64,000 nucleotides of DNA, taken from a virus. Lineage: Duplodnaviria; Caudoviricetes. Of the stretch, positions 28,811-38,526 are shown in pieces. Every line of letters begins with the position of its first letter. Position 1 is the stretch's first letter. The position numbers and the translations under genes are program-made. The DNA is taken from positions 1 to 64,000 of IMG/VR virus record IMGVR_UViG_3300005281_000021. One strand, written 5' to 3'. Under the pieces are notes generated by a model. The model searched no databases. It had not been told where the DNA came from and worked only from the letters and a program-made list of their open reading frames with translations.

Positions 28811-29926
28811 TTAGGCGATCGTGATGTTGCCCGGCATGATCTTGGTCGTCTTGTCGACGGCCACGTCCGCGGTCGGGGTGCTGGGCACGAAGTTGTAGAC
28901 GCCCTCGATCTCCATGACGCGGGCGATGATCTCCGACAGGATGGCCGGGTCGCCGATTTCCAGCCCCTGCAGGTACGCGAAGATGGACTCGGTGGCGAGG
29001 TTCACCAGGGTGGCATGGTCGTACCCCGGCAGAGCGGTCAGCACGCCATCGACGTCCAGATCCTGCTCGTTGGCGGGGTGGACGTCGACCTTCACCCCCG
29101 CGGCCTTCCAGCCAGGGACGGCATTGCCGTGCTCGTCGTAGTAGCCGTACACGACATCCCGCGCCCGATTGACCAGGGCGCTGGTGGTGTTGCCTACGCC
29201 GTTGTGGACATAGCACTGCACCCAGGCGATCGGCATGTTCGGGTCGATATCCTTGTAGGGCTCGACGATCGACACCGAGACGACCCGCTCGATGAGGTTC
29301 CCACCCGGATCCAGGAGCTGGGTGGTCTTCAGGCCGTACTCGAGCGCGGCCACTGTGCCCCGGCTCAGGGACTGGATGTAGGCGTTGAAGCGCAGCTTCC
29401 GGTCCTCGTCCGTCTCCTGGTTGATGCCGTTCATGAACGGGCTGAGGTTCGTCGCGCTGACGAAACCCTCGGGCGGCGGGCTCAGGGTGAAGGACAGGCC
29501 GGCGCCGATGTTGCCGATCGTCCCGGGCTGCGTGGCAGCCACCAGAACGTCGACGAAGCTGTCGCCAGGATTGATGATCGCGTCATCGGTGCTGACGTAG
29601 GTGGTCGAGCCGCCAGACGCGGTGAAGATGGTGCCAGACTGGATCAAGATGGGGTTTGCACCGGGCGTGACCGTCACGCGCACCAGGCCGCTGGCCGCGA
29701 CCGCCTCGATGCGGGCGAAGTCGAACGAGTGGTAGACGGAGACCGGGATCGCCTCTTTGATCCCGAAGAACATCTGCTGGTAATACTCGTCCAGCTCCAC
29801 CGCCGGCGCTTCCACCAGCGTGCGGGCCACGCTGCCAACGTTGAAGTCGGTGATCTTGGTCTGCGTCGACCGCATCCAGTTGATCATCGACGCGACGATG
29901 GAGCGAAAATCCTTTATCTGAAACAT
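28811..29926 (-). CDS. baseplate J-like protein
   Basis: ITDFNVGSVARTLVEA, ATQPGTIGN, ETDEDRKLRF, KAAGV. Confidence 0.85.
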   Translation of the reverse strand: MFQIKDFRSIVASMINWMRSTQTKITDFNVGSVARTLVEAPAVELDEYYQQMFFGIKEAIPVSVYHSFDFARIEAVAASGLVRVTVTPGANPILIQSGTIFTASGGSTTYVSTDDAIINPGDSFVDVLVAATQPGTIGNIGAGLSFTLSPPPEGFVSATNLSPFMNGINQETDEDRKLRFNAYIQSLSRGTVAALEYGLKTTQLLDPGGNLIERVVSVSIVEPYKDIDPNMPIAWVQCYVHNGVGNTTSALVNRARDVVYGYYDEHGNAVPGWKAAGVKVDVHPANEQDLDVDGVLTALPGYDHATLVNLATESIFAYLQGLEIGDPAILSEIIARVMEIEGVYNFVPSTPTADVAVDKTTKIMPGNITIA

Positions 29927-29935
29927 TTCCTGTCC

Positions 29936-30550
29936 TTACGGATTCGCGGCGATTTCAAGCGACTCGCCGGCCACCGGCTCCACGTACACAGTGACCCGCA
30001 CGGCATCGCCGGTAACCTCGGCCTCGGCCCGCAGGATCCGGCGCACCCGAGGGTCGCCCGCCACGGCAGCCCTGGCGTACTCGGCCACGATCTGGCCGGC
30101 AGCCGGGCCGTTGATGGCGCCCAGCATCCGGCGGACTTGCGAGCCGTAGTCGAGGTGGAACATCAGCTCCCCGCGCTCGGTGTCGATCCGATGCTTGAGC
30201 GCCTGCCGGAAATTCGCCCGCCCAGAGATGACCGCGAAGTCGCCATTCTCGGCGGTGAGCTGCCCGCCGGTCAGGTCAATGTCCGAGCCAAAGACGCTCT
30301 CCGGATCCGGGCGCGACGCGGCGGGCGCAGGCGCCGGGACAATGATCAGGTCGCCCGGCACCAGCACGCCAGGCCGCGGCGGCGCGGACGGGCTGCCGAC
30401 GATGAACGGCGGGACGAGGGTGTTGTAGGAGATCAGGTCGTACCAGCGGCCAGCGTCACCCAGCTCGCGAGCGGCGATCTGCTGCAGCGTGTCTCCGATC
30501 CGCACCTCGACGAACCGGAAGCCGAACATCTGGCGCGAGAACTCGGTCAT
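29936..30550 (-). CDS. LysM plus gp25-like baseplate protein
   Basis: GDTLQQIAARELGDAGRW; RIDTERGELMFHLDYGS...DPRV. Confidence 0.8.
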   Translation of the reverse strand: MTEFSRQMFGFRFVEVRIGDTLQQIAARELGDAGRWYDLISYNTLVPPFIVGSPSAPPRPGVLVPGDLIIVPAPAPAASRPDPESVFGSDIDLTGGQLTAENGDFAVISGRANFRQALKHRIDTERGELMFHLDYGSQVRRMLGAINGPAAGQIVAEYARAAVAGDPRVRRILRAEAEVTGDAVRVTVYVEPVAGESLEIAANP

Positions 30551-31710
30551 GCGGACACCACCATGCCGGAAGCAATGTCCGTGACCGCCGACCGGATGGA
30601 AGCCGTCGGCAGCGGCGACAGGACGGGGTCAGTCAGCGCCAGGGTGCGCAGCGCGGACTGCGCCGAGCCGTTAATCGAGACGGGCAGCGGGCGCTGGGTC
30701 GGCACCACGGCGTAGAACGGGTTCTGGCCGGCCAGCACGCTGATCGGGCGACCACCGCTCGTGCTCGAGCAGTTGGACGCGCCGAACAGCGGGTCGTAGT
30801 CCTCGTAGAACAGCTGCTGGCGGAGCGCGTTGCGCAGCACGCAGAAGATGTTCGAATAGGCCCCGGCGATCTGCATCAGGCGGCTGCGAATCTGGTTCGG
30901 GATATTGGCGACCGCTGCCACCGTCCGGAACAGATTCACGCCGGCCTGCGCCGTCATCTGCGCCACCCGGATCAGCGACCCGGCCACGCCGTCGACTGCC
31001 GCCACGGCGCCGCGCACTGCCCCGTAGAGCCGGGCGGTCTGGTTCATGAAGGCCTGCACCGGCGACGCGATCGTCCGGTCGACCCAATGCTGCACCTGGT
31101 TGATTGCGCCGGTGATCTCGTTAATGGACGCCGTCAGGCTGTCCAGCCCGAGCGACTCTAGGACGTCGGTGTTCAGGAGACCGCCGCCGCCGAACTGCAA
31201 GAAGCTGGCCTGGCCAACGTTCTGGTCGAGCACCGTCAAGTTGATCTGGTACTGGAACAGCAGCGGGCGGGACTTCGACCGCCGCAGGGTGAAGCTGACC
31301 GGCGCCACGACGACCGTGATGCGGTCGAGCGCGTCGGCGAAGATGAGCTGCACCAGATCCGGGTCGCGTCCGGCCTGCACCGCGTCCCGGCGCCGGGCGT
31401 GCCACTGGTCGAAAACCTGATCCTTCAGGGCGTGAAACCGGGCCTCCCCGTCGTCTGCGCTGCCCATCGTCCGGCGCCAGCCGGTGTGGCCGCTGATCGT
31501 GATCGTGGGGATGCCCGGGCCGAAGGCGTCGGCCCACGCGCCGCCTAGCGTCTGCTGCACGTTCAGGCGCGACGAGTCGCTCCGGACGAGATCCTCCGGG
31601 CGGATGGCCAGGTTCAGGCTGACCGGCGGCAGGCCGGACGCCTGATCGTCCAGCAGGAAGCTGATCGGGCGGACGTCGGCCTTCTGGCTGGTGGGCGGAT
31701 TTAGGAGCAT
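30547..31710 (-). CDS. baseplate/tail structural protein
   Basis: position in the baseplate cluster; IRPEDL...QQTLGGAWAD.FG...ISGHTG. Confidence 0.65.
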   Translation of the reverse strand: MLLNPPTSQKADVRPISFLLDDQASGLPPVSLNLAIRPEDLVRSDSSRLNVQQTLGGAWADAFGPGIPTITISGHTGWRRTMGSADDGEARFHALKDQVFDQWHARRRDAVQAGRDPDLVQLIFADALDRITVVVAPVSFTLRRSKSRPLLFQYQINLTVLDQNVGQASFLQFGGGGLLNTDVLESLGLDSLTASINEITGAINQVQHWVDRTIASPVQAFMNQTARLYGAVRGAVAAVDGVAGSLIRVAQMTAQAGVNLFRTVAAVANIPNQIRSRLMQIAGAYSNIFCVLRNALRQQLFYEDYDPLFGASNCSSTSGGRPISVLAGQNPFYAVVPTQRPLPVSINGSAQSALRTLALTDPVLSPLPTASIRSAVTDIASGMVVSA

Positions 31711-31732
31711 GGCCGCAGTTTCCCGTCACGAC
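31710..31732 (-). promoter_or_regulatory. late promoter, leaderless
   Basis: GTCGTGA-cggg-AAACT-gcggcc-ATG. Confidence 0.75.
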
Positions 31733-31809
31733 AGCCGGGCGGGTTGCTTTACTCTTTTTCGAGCATACGGTACTGTCTAGCTGTCTTAACTTTCTGATAC
31801 GTCCCCAAA

Positions 31810-32151
31810 ATGAAACGCGTCCTTCTTGCCGCCATGATCGGCGGCGCAATGATGGCCGCGACCACCGTCGCGGAAGCCATAGAGCAATCTCAACCCCAAC
31901 CCGAGCCATGGCTGGTAATGGCAGACCGCGGCGCGTGCACGCCGCTCCTAGAAGTCATGCCAGCCACCAAGCCCGAGGACGTGCTCAATCTGATGCGCAG
32001 CACGGGGATGAAGGTCGGTCTGCGCTACTACGGCCCGAGCTATGCCGAGGTGTACGATCTGGCCGGCATCTCCACGTCGTTCCCGATGACAAATGACCCG
32101 AAGAACTGCGCCGTAATCCTGCCTGCGCACATGGTAGTCCCGCGGCGCTGA
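31810..32151 (+). CDS. moron-like exported protein
   Basis: opposite strand, signal peptide ending AEA, TTTACT-17-TACTGT promoter upstream. Confidence 0.65.
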   Translation: MKRVLLAAMIGGAMMAATTVAEAIEQSQPQPEPWLVMADRGACTPLLEVMPATKPEDVLNLMRSTGMKVGLRYYGPSYAEVYDLAGISTSFPMTNDPKNCAVILPAHMVVPRR

Positions 32152-32166
32152 CCAGCGCCGCGCCCG

Positions 32167-33051
32167 TTACGGCACCGAGTCGCTCGTGCGACCGCCGACG
32201 TCGCCTTCCATGTGGCCGTGACCTTTGAGCTTGATGAGGTCGGCTTCCACGTCGCCGTTGTTGACCCTGATGGTGCCCTCGAAGGTCGACACCGCGCCGG
32301 ACGCGCCGGCGCCCAGCACGTTCATCGCGCCCTGAACGGTCAGGTTTCCGGTGCACGTCGTCTGCGGCGTATCGAGCGTGACACTCGGCGCCGTGACCGT
32401 TGCTGCACCGCCGGAAGTGACGTCGGTAGTGCCGACCACGTTGACGGTGGCGGATCCGCCGACATCCACGCTCAGATTCCCGACATGGGTCAGGGTCACG
32501 TTGCCGCTCGGGTCGATGTTCAGGGACGCCACGGTGCCGCCGGCGTTCGCCACGGTCACCTGCAGGTGGACGGACTTGCCGACGTTGCGGGCGATCTTCC
32601 AGCGCCCATCGGCGTCCTTGCCGGTCAAGTCCTCGTGGGCCGGGCTGGTGCCAATGCGCAGGAAGGTGCCGCTCGGGTGGTACAGCTCCGCATTTCCCTC
32701 GGCGTCGATCGTCGAGTAGACGTCGGATGCGTGGCGGCTCACCCGCCGCTCAAGCTCCTTGAACAGCATCTGACAGACCTGCGGGTAGCGGAAGCCGATG
32801 ACCACCGGCAGGTGGTCAAAGAACGCTACTGCCGCGATCACGTCGCGGCTGGTTTCCTCCCGCAAATCCCAGACTTCACCGCTGGATGGAGTCGCGGGCT
32901 GCGCCAGATCGTTGAAGCCGGCATTCGAGCTGGCAAACGGCGCAAGCACCTGCACGCCAGCCAGGCGCGAGCCGTCGTCGGTCATGACTAGATCGACCGA
33001 ATAATCCTCCGGGTGGATCGCGGCCACCCGCCCCCAGCGCAGACTAGACAC
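32167..33051 (-). CDS. baseplate central spike (gpV/gp5-like)
   Basis: OB-fold-like start, beta-helix repeats, C-terminal HGH motif. Confidence 0.8.
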   Translation of the reverse strand: MSSLRWGRVAAIHPEDYSVDLVMTDDGSRLAGVQVLAPFASSNAGFNDLAQPATPSSGEVWDLREETSRDVIAAVAFFDHLPVVIGFRYPQVCQMLFKELERRVSRHASDVYSTIDAEGNAELYHPSGTFLRIGTSPAHEDLTGKDADGRWKIARNVGKSVHLQVTVANAGGTVASLNIDPSGNVTLTHVGNLSVDVGGSATVNVVGTTDVTSGGAATVTAPSVTLDTPQTTCTGNLTVQGAMNVLGAGASGAVSTFEGTIRVNNGDVEADLIKLKGHGHMEGDVGGRTSDSVP

Positions 33052-34570
33052 CCCTCGTCTCCTGCAATTCGGCCATGTACGGGCTGGCCGCGCCGCCGCC
33101 GCGCTTGGCGCGCTCGACGAAGCCCATGCCGCGCTCGACCGCCAGCGTCGAAAAGAAGCCGCTAAACGGCACGTAATCGTGCTCTACCTGGGTCACGTAA
33201 TACTCGGCGGAGAAGCCGCCGCGCTTGAGCCTAACGAACTTTCCGGGCCGGATCCGCTCGTTGCCGCGCACTCGTATCGTGCCGCGCTCGAGCAGCACGT
33301 TGTCCTTGTTCTGCTCGACAAGGAACCGACGACGGGAGTCGATCCAGTCCACCATGTCGGCGTCGCGCTTGCGCTTTTCCGACTCGGGCTGCCCCGAGTT
33401 GAAGGTGTCGACCTTGTCGCCGCCCTGCTCGGTTTGGCCGTACATCACCCGGGTGCCGTACAGAGCCGTGGCACTGTTCGGATAGTCCTCGAGCAGCACG
33501 GACTCCTTGTCGGCCCCCTGGATGGCGAACAGCTGCCGGTAGATATCGCTCACCAGCTCGAAGCGCGGCGACCGCACCCAATAGAAGTTTGCCACATGGG
33601 CATCCGTCCGGGACAGGTTCAGCGACAGGACGTCGGTGTCCGGGATCTCGATGGTTTCCGGCGCGGCATAGTCCTCGTCGTCGTAGATCTGCGGGTAGAT
33701 CGATTTGCCGTCGATGCCCTTCGACGGGTTCGGGCGATACACGCAGTAGACGCCATCCTCCCGATCCTCGAGGAACAGCTCGTTCCAGATGCCGATATCG
33801 CTGTAGGTGCGCAGCAGGTCGTAGATCGACCCCTCCTGGTTCTGTGGCCCGGAAACGCTCGACGTGCCGTGCTTGACCTGCACGTCGAGCTTCACCTCTG
33901 TGGGGTTCGGCGAGTTTTCCGGCATCAGGCGCTTGATGTACGGGTTCAGGATCTTCTGCACGACCTCGGTGACGAACTCCCCCGCCGTCATCGTGGTCTT
34001 GAAGCCCACGCCGAACCGCTCGAACAGCTTGAAATTCGACAAGATATCCTGGCCGATGACGTAGCCAGGCAGGTACAGGATCTGCAGCTGCTGCCAGAGC
34101 TTGCCGTAGTCCTGGCCGCTGATCACCACCGACCGCTGCGGGCGACCGTCCGCCCCCATGGCCTCCGTGCGCACGACCTCGGAGACGAAGCCGCGCATGA
34201 TGATGGGCGGGCGCGTCGGATCGTCGGTCGGGTCGTTGATGAGGTTGCCGATCAGATCCGGCGGGTCGTGGCGCATCCGGATCTCGACGAAGTCCATCGG
34301 CTCGATCAGGCCGTACAGAGTCTCGAACGAGAACACCTGCTTGTGCGGCTTGTCGGCCAGCGTGATCGAGAAGCCACCCGCCGGGGAGTTGATCGCCTTG
34401 GACGTGCGCACGCCGCGCTGATCCGCCAGGAACGGCGAGAGGTCGATCTTCTGGTCGATCCCCTTGTACCGCTCCGAGACCGGCATCTGGCCGTTCAGCG
34501 TCGACCGCTTGATCGTCTTGTAGAGGATGACCCGAATGTCGGGCTGGTAAACCTTGACCTTGGGGGACAT
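33044..34570 (-). CDS. baseplate hub protein
   Basis: between tape measure and spike; ISGQDYGK, GTIRVRGNERIRPG, YYVTQVEH. Confidence 0.72.
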   Translation of the reverse strand: MSPKVKVYQPDIRVILYKTIKRSTLNGQMPVSERYKGIDQKIDLSPFLADQRGVRTSKAINSPAGGFSITLADKPHKQVFSFETLYGLIEPMDFVEIRMRHDPPDLIGNLINDPTDDPTRPPIIMRGFVSEVVRTEAMGADGRPQRSVVISGQDYGKLWQQLQILYLPGYVIGQDILSNFKLFERFGVGFKTTMTAGEFVTEVVQKILNPYIKRLMPENSPNPTEVKLDVQVKHGTSSVSGPQNQEGSIYDLLRTYSDIGIWNELFLEDREDGVYCVYRPNPSKGIDGKSIYPQIYDDEDYAAPETIEIPDTDVLSLNLSRTDAHVANFYWVRSPRFELVSDIYRQLFAIQGADKESVLLEDYPNSATALYGTRVMYGQTEQGGDKVDTFNSGQPESEKRKRDADMVDWIDSRRRFLVEQNKDNVLLERGTIRVRGNERIRPGKFVRLKRGGFSAEYYVTQVEHDYVPFSGFFSTLAVERGMGFVERAKRGGGAASPYMAELQETRGV

Positions 34571-37392
34571 CAGCGTGCTCCGTAGGGCACCGGAACGCCA
34601 ACCCGGGTGCTCACGTTCACGGGCGGCGCCAGCGGCGTGCCGGTCGGACTATTCAAGGTGAACTGGCCATGGATGGCGACGTGCTGGGTCTGACCGGGTA
34701 CGTCCACCTGGCGCACGCCGCCGGGCACCGGCGCATCGTGCATGCCTGCCCGGGACAGGATGGCCGGAACATAGGCCTGCGTCTCCTGCGGCGCATGCGC
34801 CAGCCAGTCGTCACCGTACTGCTGCACGGCGCGGTCGACGTTCCCCGGCCCCCAATTGTAGGCGGCGAGCGCCTTCCGCCAGTCGCCGCCATACCGGCGC
34901 AGCATCGCGTTCAGGTATTCCCGCCCGACCCGCAGGTATTCCTCGCGGGAGTTGTTGCGAATGCCGACGACGCCAAAGCCAGGATCCCTGGCCGTTCCCG
35001 GCATGAGCTGGGAGATCCCGGCGGCGCCAGAGCGCGGGTTGGTGACCAGGTTCCCGGTCTCGTCCGTATGTCGGCCACCGGACTCCTGCATGATCAGCGC
35101 GTCGAACACCCGGGCGAACTCGGTGCCCGGGGTGCCGGTGAACTGCTGGCGAATCTGGTCCTGTTGCCGGCGCAGGGCTTCGTCCTCCGCAGAGAGGGCC
35201 GCGGCTTTTTCCTCTTCCAGGCTCCGATTCGTCTCCCCGACGCGACGCCGGGCATCGGCCAGCTCGCGCAGGCGCGCCCGAGCTGCCGCCTGCTCTTCCG
35301 GCGTCATGGTCGAGCCGTTGCGGCGGAATTCCTCGTAGGCGGTCAGGTAGGCGCTGTTCGCCTCGTCGTAACTGAGCTTGTACGAGTCGTAGCGCGCCCG
35401 AATGGCCTCCTTGCGCTCCTCGGCCTCAGCTTCCGCCACCGCGAGCTGGATGCCCATCGGGCCGCGCTTGCCGCCGCCAGCCATGTAGATGATGCCAGCC
35501 CGCATGTCGTTGAGCAGCGGGACGGTAAGGCTGGCGAGCCGCTGCACCTCGTTCTGCACACCGACGATCGTGCGACGGGTCTCGCTGCCCTCGGTACGCT
35601 CCTGCTCACGGGTGGCCGTCAGCTCGGTCAGGACGTCGCGCAGGGTTTCCTCGTTGCCACCCTGCAGCGCCGCCGTCAGGCGGTCGCGTTCCGCCGGGCT
35701 CAGTGCGTCCACCCCGGTGCGCGCGAACAGGCTGCGCGCCTGCGCTTCGAGCACGTCGCGCCCGCCAGTCTGGATCCTGGCCAGTGCCTCGATGCCGGTA
35801 TAGGACAGGCGGCTCAGATCCAGCCCGGTGCCAGACCGGCCAAGCCTGTCCATGATGCCCGTGAGCGCCTCCGGCTTGGTCAGCGCCAGCGCCATCGCCT
35901 GCGACGTGTTGATGCCGAAGAAATTCGACATCGCATTCGCCATCAGCTCAGGGCGCCCCGCGTAGATCTTGCGGAAGTGCTCCATGATCATCTGCAGGTT
36001 GGTCGACGCCGAGCCAGCCGCCGCGCCGGGCGTCGACAGGCCGAATTCCTCGGCGAACCGGGCATAGAGCGAGCCCGACCCGAACGCCGCCGACCCGGTG
36101 CCGAAGGCCCCCTGCTCGCGCAGGATAGCCGTCTGGATAGGGTTCAGGCCGAGCCGGCTGCCGAGCGCCGCATAGATGAAGTGCTGGCCGGCCTCCCCGG
36201 CTGCGCTGCCCCCGGCAATGGCCGAATTGACCCGCCCGAGCAGCGCGCCGGCGCCTTCGACGTCCAGGCCTGGGATGCCGGATCCGGTCATCGCGGCCAG
36301 CATGCCCGCGTAGCCGCCGACGTTGGCCGTCACCAGGCCCAGGCGGGTCTGCTGCGCCGCGAAGTTGCCGATCGCCGCCAGCACTTCCTCGGCCTTGGCA
36401 AACGCGCCGCCCCGGGCGATGCCCTCTCCGATCATCAGCGCCAGCCGCCGGCTGTCGTTCTCGTTGCGGGTGACCCCGAACAGACGCATCTGGGCGAAGA
36501 ACGCGCTGCTGCGGCCCGGATCCATACCGAAGGCCCGCCCGAAGCCGCCGCCGATGGCGACCTCACTGGCCAGCGTCCGGTAGGCCTCCGGCGCCAGATT
36601 CGCCATGCGGGCGAACTGCTCGCCGAGCTTCTGGCCTTCCTGGAACGTGATATCCAGCGCAGACGAGGAAGCCCGCAGGGACTCCTTCAGAGTCTCAAAT
36701 CCGACATTGACGTCGCCCAGCGACCGCTTGAGCACGTCGTAGGAGATGAACTCCTGCTCGGCGGCGCCGATCTTCTCGCGCACAGCGCCTATGGCCTTGC
36801 CAATGCCGAGCGCCAGCAGCCCACCTGCCAGCCCGACCAGGCCCGCCATGGCGCCGCCGGCCAGTCCTGCCGTCAAGGCGTTGTTCGCCACGCCGCCGGC
36901 AGGCCCGAGGGCGCTCAGGCCAGCGCCGAGGATCTGCCGGCCAGCACCGGCGACGCCGGCAGCAGCAGGCGTGGGCGGTGGAGCAGGCGGCGGTGGTGGC
37001 GCTGCCGGGCGCGCAGGCGACGCGGAGCTTCCAGCCGTCGCCGGGAACGAGTAACCGGTGACGTACTCGAACGCCTCGCGCATCCGGCGTGCCCGGATGG
37101 ACGGGTCGGAGTAGACCCGCGCCCAATCGACATCGAAAAACCCGGCGCCAGACTGCCCGGTGGCGCTCAGGCGCTGGCGAAGCGCCGTGGAGACCTTGAG
37201 CAGGCTCTCGAACTGCTGCGTGACCTTCTTCAGGTCGTCGACGGATGCCTTGTCGATCGGCGTGAACTTGACCTTGTTCGCCTGCGCGATCATCTGGCCC
37301 AGCTTGTTGAACTGCTGGACGAACTGATCAGTCGCCTGCTTCAGGTCGGCAGCGTTGAACTGCGCTTCAACCGGGATCTTGATGCCGCTCAT
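34570..37392 (-). CDS. tape measure protein with C-terminal lytic transglycosylase
   Basis: 940 aa, Ala/Gly-rich; MQESGG, GISQLMPGTA, ALAAYNWGPGNV. Confidence 0.88.
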   Translation of the reverse strand: MSGIKIPVEAQFNAADLKQATDQFVQQFNKLGQMIAQANKVKFTPIDKASVDDLKKVTQQFESLLKVSTALRQRLSATGQSGAGFFDVDWARVYSDPSIRARRMREAFEYVTGYSFPATAGSSASPARPAAPPPPPAPPPTPAAAGVAGAGRQILGAGLSALGPAGGVANNALTAGLAGGAMAGLVGLAGGLLALGIGKAIGAVREKIGAAEQEFISYDVLKRSLGDVNVGFETLKESLRASSSALDITFQEGQKLGEQFARMANLAPEAYRTLASEVAIGGGFGRAFGMDPGRSSAFFAQMRLFGVTRNENDSRRLALMIGEGIARGGAFAKAEEVLAAIGNFAAQQTRLGLVTANVGGYAGMLAAMTGSGIPGLDVEGAGALLGRVNSAIAGGSAAGEAGQHFIYAALGSRLGLNPIQTAILREQGAFGTGSAAFGSGSLYARFAEEFGLSTPGAAAGSASTNLQMIMEHFRKIYAGRPELMANAMSNFFGINTSQAMALALTKPEALTGIMDRLGRSGTGLDLSRLSYTGIEALARIQTGGRDVLEAQARSLFARTGVDALSPAERDRLTAALQGGNEETLRDVLTELTATREQERTEGSETRRTIVGVQNEVQRLASLTVPLLNDMRAGIIYMAGGGKRGPMGIQLAVAEAEAEERKEAIRARYDSYKLSYDEANSAYLTAYEEFRRNGSTMTPEEQAAARARLRELADARRRVGETNRSLEEEKAAALSAEDEALRRQQDQIRQQFTGTPGTEFARVFDALIMQESGGRHTDETGNLVTNPRSGAAGISQLMPGTARDPGFGVVGIRNNSREEYLRVGREYLNAMLRRYGGDWRKALAAYNWGPGNVDRAVQQYGDDWLAHAPQETQAYVPAILSRAGMHDAPVPGGVRQVDVPGQTQHVAIHGQFTLNSPTGTPLAPPVNVSTRVGVPVPYGAR

Positions 37393-37706
37393 TCGCTCTT
37401 CATGTCGATGATGGTTTCAAAGTCGTCATCCGGCGGAAGCTCGCCGCCACCGGCATGCGCAGCCTGCTCCTCGGCCCACTGCCGCTCGATTTCAGCCGGG
37501 TCGAATTCGTCGTCCTCGATCTCTTCGACCACTCGGTTGTCGGCATAGTGGTGCGCCCAAAAATCGGTCTCGATTTCCTCGAGCGTCGCCTCCAAAAACC
37601 GAGGGTCCGTCGGCGGCAGGTTGTATTTTCGCCTAAACCAGAACTGCAGGGTCTTAGCCCACTGCTTCCCCCTTGCCTTCGCCCGCTTGCTTCTTTCCGC
37701 TGCGAA
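37389..37706 (-). CDS. tail assembly chaperone, +1 frameshift extension (gpT-like)
   Basis: +1 frame of the upstream chaperone, no credible own start; FWFRRKYNLPPTDPRFL. Confidence 0.65.
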   Translation of the reverse strand, partial: FAAERSKRAKARGKQWAKTLQFWFRRKYNLPPTDPRFLEATLEEIETDFWAHHYADNRVVEEIEDDEFDPAEIERQWAEEQAAHAGGGELPPDDDFETIIDMKSE

Positions 37707-38019
37707 AGGAGTCCTCCTTTGCGCGCAGGGCGCTGTAGACCTTCGCCAGCTTGGCGTAGTCCTCATCCGACAGCGGATCCAGCTCATCCAGATCCCAACC
37801 TTCCGGCCCCCTGACGGTCAGCACGCGCAGCGTGGCAATCCAGTTGCCGACCAGTTGCAGGAACTCGTTCGGCTTGTCGACGCCCTCGCAGATCCGCGAG
37901 AACTCGGCGGCGATCTTCAGCTCGTCGGGCATCTTGCGATACCCGAACACAAACGAGCCGACGCCCTCGACGTGGAGGGTGAAGTCCGTAGGGCTGGGCG
38001 GACGGGTTGGACTGGCCAT
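37654..38019 (-). CDS. tail assembly chaperone (gpG-like)
   Basis: AGGAG RBS; between tube and tape measure. Confidence 0.75.
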   Translation of the reverse strand: MASPTRPPSPTDFTLHVEGVGSFVFGYRKMPDELKIAAEFSRICEGVDKPNEFLQLVGNWIATLRVLTVRGPEGWDLDELDPLSDEDYAKLAKVYSALRAKEDSFRSGKKQAGEGKGEAVG

Positions 38020-38040
38020 ATGCTCTCCTAGTTGACGTGG

Positions 38041-38063
38041 AAAAAGCCGCCACGAGGGCGGCT
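38041..38063 (-). terminator. intrinsic terminator after tail tube
   Basis: AGCCGCC/GGCGGCT stem then U run. Confidence 0.7.
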
Positions 38064-38082
38064 ACCTTTGATCGACGCGGCG

Positions 38083-38508
38083 TCAGGCCGCCACACCGAC
38101 CACGTCCAGAGCGTTGAATACCCCGGACTGGATCAGGATGGCGTGCTTGCTGATTTCGATATCACCGGACGCATAGGAGCAGCCGACGTACTTCCGCAGC
38201 TGCTGGCCGGTGTCCTTGTCGTAGACCTCGATATCGAACACCAAGCCCTGCAGCATCGCGTCGCCGTTCTCGGCGGCAATCCCGGCTTCCAGCAGGGCGC
38301 CGCGGTTCAGCATCATGGCGCTCACGTTCAGGGTGTGGCGCGCCATCGTGGGCACGTACTCCTGCACATGGATATCGCCGATGCCGGACGCGGCGTCCGG
38401 CGCGTAGTCGTCGTTCATTCGGACGGACTGCAGCAGGCCGATCTGCTTGCCGTCGAAGGTGATGACTATCCGGTTACCAGACCGGGTTTTCAGGTTCTGT
38501 TGAGCCAT
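38083..38508 (-). CDS. tail tube protein
   Basis: 141 aa directly after sheath; GIGDIHVQEYVP, KYVGCS. Confidence 0.8.
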   Translation of the reverse strand: MAQQNLKTRSGNRIVITFDGKQIGLLQSVRMNDDYAPDAASGIGDIHVQEYVPTMARHTLNVSAMMLNRGALLEAGIAAENGDAMLQGLVFDIEVYDKDTGQQLRKYVGCSYASGDIEISKHAILIQSGVFNALDVVGVAA

Positions 38509-38526
38509 ATCGCGCTATCTCCGCAA

